A stretch of DNA of 64,000 nt from an uncultured Gammaproteobacteria bacterium. GTDB lineage: Bacteria; Patescibacteriota; Microgenomatia; UBA8517. The stretch is from NCBI GenBank assembly GCA_964587425.1, contig CAZPLB010000001.1:145518-209517 (forward strand), written 5' to 3'. Positions 45,622-53,336 of the stretch are shown here, piece by piece. The notes below the pieces were generated by a model that was not told the DNA's origin, searched no databases, and saw only the letters and a list, made by a program, of their open reading frames with translations. Every line of letters starts with the position of its first letter. Positions within the stretch are counted from its first letter, which is position 1. Both the position numbers and the translations under genes were made by a program.

Positions 45622-48108
45622 ATGAAAAGTAAAGTAATCGAAAAAACAATTGACTTTGGTGGTAAGAAATTAACACTTCAGACAGGAAAATTAGCAGGAC
45701 AAGCTGATGGAGCTGTGTTGGCTACAATGGGTGAGACTGTGGTTTTGGCTACAGTAGTTTCATCTCCACTTAAAGTTGATCTTGGATACTTCCCATTAAC
45801 TGTTGATTACATGGAAAAGCTTTATGCAGGAGGACGCATAAAGGGAAGCCGCTGGGTAAAAAGGGATGGAAGACCATCTGACGCTGAGATTTTAACTTCA
45901 AGATTAATAGATAGGTCTATTCGACCCCTTTTCCCTAAAGAGTTCATGAAAGAAGTTCAGGTTATTGCAACCGTTCTTTCGGTTGATCTTGAAAATGCAC
46001 CAGAATGTTTGGCAGCTATTGCAGTTTCTGCAGCACTTCAGATGTCTACTATCCCTTGGATGGGACCAGTTGCTCCTGTTTGGGTTGGACTCAAAGATGA
46101 CAAGAACATAATTAATCCACTTGCAAGTGAAGCTAAAAATTCTGATTTGGAATTGATTGTTACTTCTACAAAGAGTGCTGTTGTAATGATTGAGGCAGGT
46201 GCAAAGGAAGTAAGTGAAGAGAAAATTCTTGATGGAATTAATTTTGCCTTCAAGGAAGGGCAAGCATTAATTAAATTTATTGATGAATTTGCAAAAGAGG
46301 TAGGAAAAGAAAAACAGGTAGTTGAAAGCAAAAAGACAGACAAAGGAATTGAGAAGAAAGTTAAAGATTTGGTTGGAGACAAATTTGGACCAATTGTATC
46401 TGAGATGGCTACCAAAGAATTTGGTGGTGGAGCCTTTGATGATTTGAAGAAAGCAGTTATTGATAGTTTTGATACACCTATTGAGAAAAGCGCCGCTGCT
46501 GAAGTTTTTGAATACTTATTCAAAAAAGAAGTTCGTGGAATGCTTCTTTCAGGAAAACGTCCAGATGGCCGCAAGAAAGATGAAATCAGGCCACTTTCAG
46601 CTGAAGTTGGAATTTTGCCTAGAACACATGGATCTGGGTTATTTAGCCGTGGTCAGACACAGGCTTTGACAATTACAACTCTTGGAACATCTTCACTGGG
46701 ACAATTACTTGAAACTGCTGAAGGGGAAGAAGAGAAAAATTATTTGCACTATTACACAATGGCTCCTTTTTCAACAGGAGAAACTGGACGTGTTGGAAGT
46801 CCAAACAGACGAGAGATTGGACACGGAGCATTGGCTGAAAGGGCACTCTTGCCAGTTATTCCAAGCAAAAGTGAATTCCCATACACAATTCAGGTAGTTT
46901 CTGAAGTAATGAGTTCTAATGGTTCTACTTCAATGGCATCTACTTGCGGATCTACACTTTCTTTGATGGATGCGGGAGTGCCAATAAAGGCACCTGTTTC
47001 TGGAATTGCAATGGGACTTATTGTTGAAGATGAAAAAAATTATGCAGTATTGACTGACATTATTGGACTTGAGGACTTTAATGGAGATATGGATTTCAAG
47101 GTTGCAGGAACTTCAAAAGGAATTACAGCATTGCAACTGGATGTAAAGACCTTGAGTTTGACTCCAAAGATATTGGAAGAGGCACTTACACAATCAAAGG
47201 GAGCAAGAGCTAAAGTTTTGGAAGTGATTGTTAAGGCAATAGCGACCCCACGAAAACAAGTTTCATCTCGTGCACCAAAGATTAAGATTGTAAAGATTCC
47301 AGTTGAGAAGATTGGTGAAGTTGTTGGAAGCGGTGGCAAGATGATCAAGAAGATCATAGCAGAGACCGGTGCACAGGTTGAAGTTGAAGATGATGGAAGT
47401 GTCTTTATATCAGCATCTGACGAGGGTGCAATGCAAAAGGCAGTTGAGTGGGTAGAGGGAATTATTAAAGAAGTTCAACCAGGTGAAGTTTATGAAGGAG
47501 AAGTCAAAAGACTAATGCCATTTGGAGCTTTTGTTGAAATACTTCCAGGGAAAGAGGGAATGGTACATGTATCTGACATGGGACAGGAAGGATTTGTAGA
47601 GGATGCAGGGGATGTAGTTAAAATTGGACAGAAAGTAAAAGTAAGAGTTAAGTCAGCTGAGTTTGGAAGAATTGATTTATCCATGAATATGGATAAATCA
47701 AAAGACAAGCCAAGAGAAGATAGGGGTGGAAGCAGAGGCGGATTTGGTGGAGGCAGACCATCTGGTGGATTTTCAAGAGGTGGCGGATCTAGTTTCGGCG
47801 GAGGAAGAAGCGGCGGAAGTAGTTTTGGAGGAGATCGTGGACCAAGGAGAAGCTTTGGCGGTGATCGCGGGCCAAGAAGGAGCTTTGGAGGAGATCGTGG
47901 AGGAAGCAGTTTTGGTGGAGATCGAGGGGGATCTAGTTTCGGCGGAGGAAGAAGCGGCGGATTTGGTGGAAGTAGAGGACCAAGAAGAGAGGGCGGATTT
48001 AATAGAGGTGGACCAAAAAGAGGATTTCAAGATAGAGGAGAAGGTGGACCAACTTTCCCAGCAACAAGATTTGGGAGTGATACTTCAAAAAAAGACTTTG
48101 AGAGATAA
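45622..48108 (+). CDS. pnp: Polynucleotide phosphorylase with C-terminal Gly/Arg-rich (RGG/FGG) repeat extension
   Basis: Two RNase PH domains, KH (VGSGGKMIKKI) and S1 (GEVYEGEVKRLMPFGAFVEI), then about 120 aa of GGDRGPRRSFGG / GGSSFGG repeats. Confidence 0.9.
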   Translation: MKSKVIEKTIDFGGKKLTLQTGKLAGQADGAVLATMGETVVLATVVSSPLKVDLGYFPLTVDYMEKLYAGGRIKGSRWVKRDGRPSDAEILTSRLIDRSIRPLFPKEFMKEVQVIATVLSVDLENAPECLAAIAVSAALQMSTIPWMGPVAPVWVGLKDDKNIINPLASEAKNSDLELIVTSTKSAVVMIEAGAKEVSEEKILDGINFAFKEGQALIKFIDEFAKEVGKEKQVVESKKTDKGIEKKVKDLVGDKFGPIVSEMATKEFGGGAFDDLKKAVIDSFDTPIEKSAAAEVFEYLFKKEVRGMLLSGKRPDGRKKDEIRPLSAEVGILPRTHGSGLFSRGQTQALTITTLGTSSLGQLLETAEGEEEKNYLHYYTMAPFSTGETGRVGSPNRREIGHGALAERALLPVIPSKSEFPYTIQVVSEVMSSNGSTSMASTCGSTLSLMDAGVPIKAPVSGIAMGLIVEDEKNYAVLTDIIGLEDFNGDMDFKVAGTSKGITALQLDVKTLSLTPKILEEALTQSKGARAKVLEVIVKAIATPRKQVSSRAPKIKIVKIPVEKIGEVVGSGGKMIKKIIAETGAQVEVEDDGSVFISASDEGAMQKAVEWVEGIIKEVQPGEVYEGEVKRLMPFGAFVEILPGKEGMVHVSDMGQEGFVEDAGDVVKIGQKVKVRVKSAEFGRIDLSMNMDKSKDKPREDRGGSRGGFGGGRPSGGFSRGGGSSFGGGRSGGSSFGGDRGPRRSFGGDRGPRRSFGGDRGGSSFGGDRGGSSFGGGRSGGFGGSRGPRREGGFNRGGPKRGFQDRGEGGPTFPATRFGSDTSKKDFER
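47719..48060 (+). repeat. Tandem coding repeats (about 30 nt units) encoding the RGG/FGG tail
   Basis: Exact 30-nt duplicate tctagtttcggcggaggaagaagcggcgga at about 47790 and 47932. Imperfect gga gat cgt gg(a/g) cca ag(g/a) ag units lie between them. Confidence 0.7.
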
Positions 48109-48118
48109 CTTCAAAAGG

Positions 48119-48670
48119 TTACTTGGTGAATTTAAAAGTAGAAAGAAGTCCTAAAATATTTTCAGAAGGTGTAGTAGTTGATACAATGAAATCAACTTGT
48201 GTTTCTGTGTTTTGATTTTTGAAACGGTACAATAGCTTGCTTGATGAATCAGAGTTTTGGTTTTTATATATTTCAACTTGATATTCGTTTATTGTTGCAT
48301 TGGTCAAATCCCAATTACTGTAATTTATGACAGGTGCAAAATAATTACGTGAGTCTACTTCAATATTTTCCGAGCTGTTTGTGTTTGAAAAATTTATGGA
48401 TAGACGTGTTGCCTTAGATGTTGCTGTGACGAGTCCTTCGCCTGCGCCAAAAGTGTAAATAGTGGCGGTATTTGGGTATTTAAATGAATAGTTATAAATT
48501 GAATTAACATACGTTTTCCATTTAGTGGTGTCTGTAGTAATTTTTAGAGGTGTTGGATTTGGGGTTGGGGAATAAATATAAGTATTTTTTCTACCAATAA
48601 GGAATATTCCAATTGCAGCAAGGACTACAAGAAGAATTATTACTGGTGTGAAACCATTTTTTTTAGGCAT
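48119..48670 (-). CDS. Pilin-like protein, paralog family member
   Basis: N-terminus MPKKNGFTPVIILLVVLAAIGIFLIGRKN. C-terminus ends LLSTFKFTK. Confidence 0.5.
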   Translation of the reverse strand: MPKKNGFTPVIILLVVLAAIGIFLIGRKNTYIYSPTPNPTPLKITTDTTKWKTYVNSIYNYSFKYPNTATIYTFGAGEGLVTATSKATRLSINFSNTNSSENIEVDSRNYFAPVINYSNWDLTNATINEYQVEIYKNQNSDSSSKLLYRFKNQNTETQVDFIVSTTTPSENILGLLSTFKFTK

Positions 48671-48708
48671 TAACTAAATCATACACCTAAAAATGCTACA
48701 ATGAAAAT

Positions 48709-49755
48709 ATGGATACTGCCACAAATGATTTGGGACTTTTAACTAAAAGGGTACAGGGAGTGCAGCTTCCAAAAGAACTTTCTGACCGTGTTTTAGCTCG
48801 AATTGCACAGCTTGAAAAACTTGTTGCTTCTCCTTCATTTTTACCTGAATTTGATTCTATAAGCCGGTACATTGATTGGATAGTCAGTCTTCCTTGGGAA
48901 TTGAAAACCAAGGATATTTTAGATCTTGATCATTCTCGAAAAGTTTTAGATAACCACCACTTTGGACTAACTGAAATTAAAGACCGAGTACTTGAATACA
49001 TATCTGTTATGAAATTAAAAGAGTCGAAAGGGGAAACAAAGGATATATACCGCGCACCTATTCTTTGTTTCGTTGGTTTGGTTGGAACTGGGAAAACAAC
49101 AATTGCATATTCTATTGCTGAGGCCTTGGGACGAAAAATGGCTCGTATTCCATTTGGAGGGATGGGGGATCCACTCGATCTTCGCGGACAATCAAGAGTC
49201 CATCCCGAAGCAGAGCCTGGAAAAATTATAAAGGCACTTCGAACTTGCGGGAGCCGCAATCCTGTCATTCTTCTTGATGAAATTGACCGTGTAACGGACG
49301 CTGGACGCGCCTCCATCATGGGAGTTTTGGTTGAGCTACTTGATCCTGGGCAGAACTTTGCCTACACCGATCACTATATTGATTTTCCATTCAATCTTTC
49401 TGAAACTTTGTTTATAGCAACAGCCAACAACACAACTAACATTGCAACTGCAGTTTTGGATAGACTTGAGCCAATTATGATGCCTTCATATACTGATTTG
49501 GAGAAGATAACCATTGGACGGAATTATGTTTTACCCAAAGCATTACAAAATTCTGGGCTTCCAGAAGGGGCAATTAGCTTCGATGACAATGTTTGGGCAC
49601 AGATAGTTCGACCACTTGGGTTTGATGCAGGAATACGTACTTTGGAGCGCACAATCGATGGAGTTGTTCGTAAGGTAGCAAAGGAACTGGTGGAGGGGAA
49701 AGTAAAGTCAGTTAAAGTGGACAATAATAATATCAAGATCTATTTGCCTCAGTGA
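48709..49755 (+). CDS. Lon-type AAA+ ATPase module without N-terminal LON domain or C-terminal protease domain
   Basis: Lon hinge motifs (YIDWIVSLPWE, LDNHHFGLTEIKDRVLEYISV), Walker A GLVGTGKTT, Walker B PVILLDEIDRV. It ends at the Lon alpha-subdomain (LERTIDGVVRKVAKEL) with no S-K protease motifs. Confidence 0.75.
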   Translation: MDTATNDLGLLTKRVQGVQLPKELSDRVLARIAQLEKLVASPSFLPEFDSISRYIDWIVSLPWELKTKDILDLDHSRKVLDNHHFGLTEIKDRVLEYISVMKLKESKGETKDIYRAPILCFVGLVGTGKTTIAYSIAEALGRKMARIPFGGMGDPLDLRGQSRVHPEAEPGKIIKALRTCGSRNPVILLDEIDRVTDAGRASIMGVLVELLDPGQNFAYTDHYIDFPFNLSETLFIATANNTTNIATAVLDRLEPIMMPSYTDLEKITIGRNYVLPKALQNSGLPEGAISFDDNVWAQIVRPLGFDAGIRTLERTIDGVVRKVAKELVEGKVKSVKVDNNNIKIYLPQ

Positions 49756-49769
49756 TTTAGTGCTGGTTC

Positions 49770-50144
49770 TTATAGTAGAAGCTTCCCGTCTTCTCCCAGT
49801 GTACGGTAGAATATTATGCGGAGTGATTCATTGAACAAGAATTCGTTTGGAAGTTGTCCACCATGTTCCTTTGATATCTGATATTTTATAAGTTCAGATG
49901 TTACTGAGCGGTTTACTAAGAGTGAATTTAATATTCTGGCTTTGTAATACTCTGATATTTGTGTGTACGGAAGAAAATCATCCCTGAGTTTTCTGCCCAA
50001 CCTGTTTTCGTAGTCTGCCAGTTTGTCTCTCAATTCTTTGACTTGTTCGGCGTTTTCAGGTAAGAAAATTGCGGTTGGATATCCCGATTTATCAAATCCC
50101 TTGGGTTTGGTTTCATCAAAAGGACCTCTTTCTGTGTTTATCAT
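49770..50144 (-). CDS. Hypothetical protein (124 aa)
   Basis: ORF only. Confidence 0.3.
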   Translation of the reverse strand: MINTERGPFDETKPKGFDKSGYPTAIFLPENAEQVKELRDKLADYENRLGRKLRDDFLPYTQISEYYKARILNSLLVNRSVTSELIKYQISKEHGGQLPNEFLFNESLRIIFYRTLGEDGKLLL

Positions 50145-50190
50145 TAGGTTCTCATTCTACTCTATTTACTATAGGAGTCAAGTGTTGTGT

Positions 50191-50469
50191 TTATGGCTTC
50201 AGGAGAACTCCGGTGGTGAGAATTTCATCTGCAATGTTCAGCCTTTCTTTTTTGGATAATTTGTTTTTAGATGTGAGACGCTTGAAAGTTAAAATCTTAT
50301 TTTTAAATATCCCTAGGTTTGTATCGTTTATTTCTTGGATAATTTTTAATGCATGTGACAGGAAAATTGCATGATTTTCTCCTTTTGGGTCGAGATAGAA
50401 GGATGTTGCAGCTCTATCAAGATCTGAAAAACAATTATTTAAGGCTGTTATTTTATTTGTATGCAACAT
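50191..50469 (-). CDS. Hypothetical protein (92 aa)
   Basis: ORF only. Overlaps the upstream minus-strand ORF by 17 nt. Confidence 0.3.
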   Translation of the reverse strand: MLHTNKITALNNCFSDLDRAATSFYLDPKGENHAIFLSHALKIIQEINDTNLGIFKNKILTFKRLTSKNKLSKKERLNIADEILTTGVLLKP

Positions 50470-50935
50470 ATTTTTTCAGAACTTTTTTGGCAATTTTGAA
50501 AAATTTACTTCTAATTTTCGTGTCCAGAATTTCGTTACTGTAGTTTACAGTAGGTCTTAGATTAATCATAGCTTTTGCCTCAAAAACTTTCAGCTTCAAA
50601 TTTACACCACCACCCCAGATATTCTTTTGATTAGACCCAATTTTCAAAAGTTTTTCTTCGGCATCTGCATGGTATTCTCCGCCTAAAGCTGCGATCTCTT
50701 GATCCAAATCAATTGTGATTTTGATGTAAGAGTTGTATTCCTCTTTTGCTTTTTCAAAATCTTCTTTTGAAAGGATTTGGTTTGGTTCTACTATTATTAT
50801 TGCCACAGGCACATTATACTTGATTAATATGGGTAAAAGAGAAGAATTAATTGCATTGATGAAAAAAATGGAGAAGGATGATAGCCTTCCTTTGAGGAAA
50901 GGTGCTACGAAGTTGGTTTTTGGGGCAGGGGACAT
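50453..50935 (-). CDS. Hypothetical protein (up to 160 aa; 5' end uncertain, overlaps UDG start)
   Basis: ORF only. The first ~35 codons overlap the opposite-strand UDG gene, so the true start may be internal. Confidence 0.25.
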   Translation of the reverse strand: MSPAPKTNFVAPFLKGRLSSFSIFFINAINSSLLPILIKYNVPVAIIIVEPNQILSKEDFEKAKEEYNSYIKITIDLDQEIAALGGEYHADAEEKLLKIGSNQKNIWGGGVNLKLKVFEAKAMINLRPTVNYSNEILDTKIRSKFFKIAKKVLKKYVAYK

Positions 50936-51431
50936 TAATACTAAAATTTTGTTTATTGGAGAGGGGCCAGGTTATAACGAAGATCAGCAAGGCTTACCGT
51001 TTATTGGAAATGCGGGAAAACTTTTGGATAAACTTTTGGAATCTATAAAATTGGATCGCAAAACTGTTTTTATTACAAATGTTGTTCACCATAGACCACC
51101 TGAAAACCGTGACCCCGAGCCTCACGAAATTGCTGCATATGGAGAGTACTTGGACAAAATTATTGAAATAATTGATCCAAAAGTTATTGTTACACTTGGG
51201 AGATTTAGTATGGGGAAGTTTTTACCTAATGTTAAAATTAGCTCTGTTCATGGAAAGGAATTTGGGGTAAAATGGAGGGGTAAAGAAATAGTTGTTGTTC
51301 CAATGTATCACCCAGCAGCTGCACTACGGCAAGGAAAAGTAATGAACGATTTAAAAGAAGACTTCTTGAAACTACCTCAAATATTAAAAGAAGCAAACAA
51401 AATAGAAATTGAACAGATAGGACTTATTTAA
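50829..51431 (+). CDS. Family-4-type uracil-DNA glycosylase lacking Fe-S cysteines
   Basis: Motif A GEGPGYNEDQQGLPFIGNAGKLL and motif B VVPMYHPAAAL are present. There are no Cys residues in the whole protein. Start at internal ATG 50829 (MGKREEL). Confidence 0.7.
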   Translation: MGKREELIALMKKMEKDDSLPLRKGATKLVFGAGDINTKILFIGEGPGYNEDQQGLPFIGNAGKLLDKLLESIKLDRKTVFITNVVHHRPPENRDPEPHEIAAYGEYLDKIIEIIDPKVIVTLGRFSMGKFLPNVKISSVHGKEFGVKWRGKEIVVVPMYHPAAALRQGKVMNDLKEDFLKLPQILKEANKIEIEQIGLI

Positions 51432-51446
51432 TTTAAAATAATATTC

Positions 51447-53087
51447 ATGGCAAATTTAAAATTTATTGCAATATCAGGTACTACTTCAGTTACTGAGAAT
51501 CTCTACATATATGAGTATGGAGATGAGATGATTATTCTTGATTGCGGTGTTGGGTTTCCAGATCTCGAAATGCCTGGAGTTGAACTAGTCATCCCAGACT
51601 TTTCATATATTTTGAAAAACAAACATAAATTAAAGGGAGTTTTACTATCTCAGGGTCATGATGACCATGTTGGTGCGCTTCCCTTTCTTCTGAGTGAAGT
51701 TAATGTACCAATTTATTGTCCTCCAATTGTTACTGAGTTTTTGAAAGTAAAATTTAAGGATTACAAAATCAAGGATTATCAACTTAATACTTTTGATTCT
51801 GATGGCGATGGATTTAGTATTGGATCATTTAAAATATACCCATTTAAGGTTGCACACTCTGTTCCTGATACTGTTGGTTTTGCAATAGATACTCCTGAAG
51901 GGAGAACCTTCCATGTAGCAGAACACAAAATGGATCAGCATTCAGTAGATGGCATGAATTTTGATATTGAAAAGGCAACGAAACTTGCAGAGGGTAAAAA
52001 TATTCTTTGCTTGATGTCTGACTGCTTAGGGTCAAACCATCCTGGCCACACTCCTTCTGGGACTGAGATTGAAGAGAATATGTATAGTATTGCAAAAGAG
52101 GCCAAGCAGGCACTTTTTATGACTGCAATTTCATCTGGGATTGGACGCTTCCAACAGATGATTAATGTTGCAAAGAAGATAAACAGGAAAGTTGTTTTTG
52201 TGGGCAGGTCGATTCAGAGTAAAACTGAAATTGCATATAATCTTGGCTATCTTGAATATACGAAAGATCAAATCGTTGATATTAAAGATGCAGGAAAACT
52301 AAGTTCAAAAGAAATAATGTACATTGCTGCTGGCTGCTATGGTCAGGATGGGAGTTCAGTTCATAGGTTAGCTCTTGGAGAACATGACCGCGTAGAAGTA
52401 GTTCCTGGAGATATGTTCATTTTCTCAGCTGACCCAGGGCCTGCATATTCAAAAGAAAGCATTAACTTCGTTGTTGATAAATTTATAGATATAGGGTTGG
52501 ATGTTCATTACTATGACCTTAATGAAGGGCTTCATGTTTCAGGACATGGAGGGCAGGGGGATATTATAGATTTATTCAAAATTGTGAAGCCAAAATATTT
52601 TATTCCACTTGGAGGTGAGGTGCGGTATATGAGTTCGTATGAAAAACTTGTACATGAGAATATGGGACAGGATAAAACTGTTTTCAAACTTCATCCTGGA
52701 GAGAGCGTTATCTTTGAAGATGGGAAAGCTCATAGGGGTGATACTGTAAAAACAAAGGAAGTTTTGGTGCATGGACTTGGGGTTGGGGATATTGGGAAAG
52801 TAGTATTAGGGGACAGGGAACTACTTGGTACTGAAGGATTTGTAGCTGTAGTTTTGAAAGTAAACAATAATGGGAGGCTGGTTGGAAACCCAGATATATT
52901 AACCCGTGGGTTTGTGTATGAAGGGGTGAGTGCTCAACTACTTGGGAATGCGAGAGGAGTTTTGGCTGCAGAAATGCATAGAAGGGGGAAACCAAATAAA
53001 GAAGAGATCACTTCATTTCTGGAAAAATATTTCTACAAAACAACAGGCCGCAGACCTATGATATTACCTGTTGTGGTTGAGGTTTAA
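51447..53087 (+). CDS. rnj: Ribonuclease J (metallo-beta-lactamase/beta-CASP)
   Basis: MBL motif region LSQGHDDHVGALPFL, beta-CASP core and C-terminal domain. Motif II reads QGHDDH rather than HGHEDH. Confidence 0.8.
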   Translation: MANLKFIAISGTTSVTENLYIYEYGDEMIILDCGVGFPDLEMPGVELVIPDFSYILKNKHKLKGVLLSQGHDDHVGALPFLLSEVNVPIYCPPIVTEFLKVKFKDYKIKDYQLNTFDSDGDGFSIGSFKIYPFKVAHSVPDTVGFAIDTPEGRTFHVAEHKMDQHSVDGMNFDIEKATKLAEGKNILCLMSDCLGSNHPGHTPSGTEIEENMYSIAKEAKQALFMTAISSGIGRFQQMINVAKKINRKVVFVGRSIQSKTEIAYNLGYLEYTKDQIVDIKDAGKLSSKEIMYIAAGCYGQDGSSVHRLALGEHDRVEVVPGDMFIFSADPGPAYSKESINFVVDKFIDIGLDVHYYDLNEGLHVSGHGGQGDIIDLFKIVKPKYFIPLGGEVRYMSSYEKLVHENMGQDKTVFKLHPGESVIFEDGKAHRGDTVKTKEVLVHGLGVGDIGKVVLGDRELLGTEGFVAVVLKVNNNGRLVGNPDILTRGFVYEGVSAQLLGNARGVLAAEMHRRGKPNKEEITSFLEKYFYKTTGRRPMILPVVVEV

Positions 53088-53336
53088 AACGGTATATATT
53101 TAATTAGTGAAGAAAAGTGAGCTTCGTCAACTTGGAATCGTTGTGGTAGTTCTTTAGCAATGGACTTCTGGTTTTTGCAGTAAAGCGTTCTCAGGATATA
53201 CGAAGCAACGCAGGTATTCATTTTGGTGGTGCTACTAGCTTCTAGTTAATAATTTCTTGATTTGTCTTCTTGTTAAACTGATATAGTCTGCCATAAATGG
53301 TAAGCAAAGCTTGAAACTTTTAGTTATAATGTTTGT

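Noticed and set aside
47790-47961. 30-nt exact direct repeats that could suggest a CRISPR array
   Set aside because: There are only two exact copies, contiguous with imperfect copies and no unique spacers. All are in frame within pnp and encode the FGGGRSGG repeats. No cas genes are present.
47726-48154. ORFs on both strands inside the pnp 3' tail (47726..48154 +, 47773..48030 -)
   Set aside because: They are generated by the GC-rich RGG-coding tandem repeats. pnp reads through in frame with conserved upstream domains.
53150-53230. Possible SRP/4.5S-like RNA (CAGG...GAAGCA.C...GCAGG) in the rnj-ftsK gap
   Set aside because: I could not build the conserved domain IV helix with GNRA loop by hand. 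Similarity is too loose to call.
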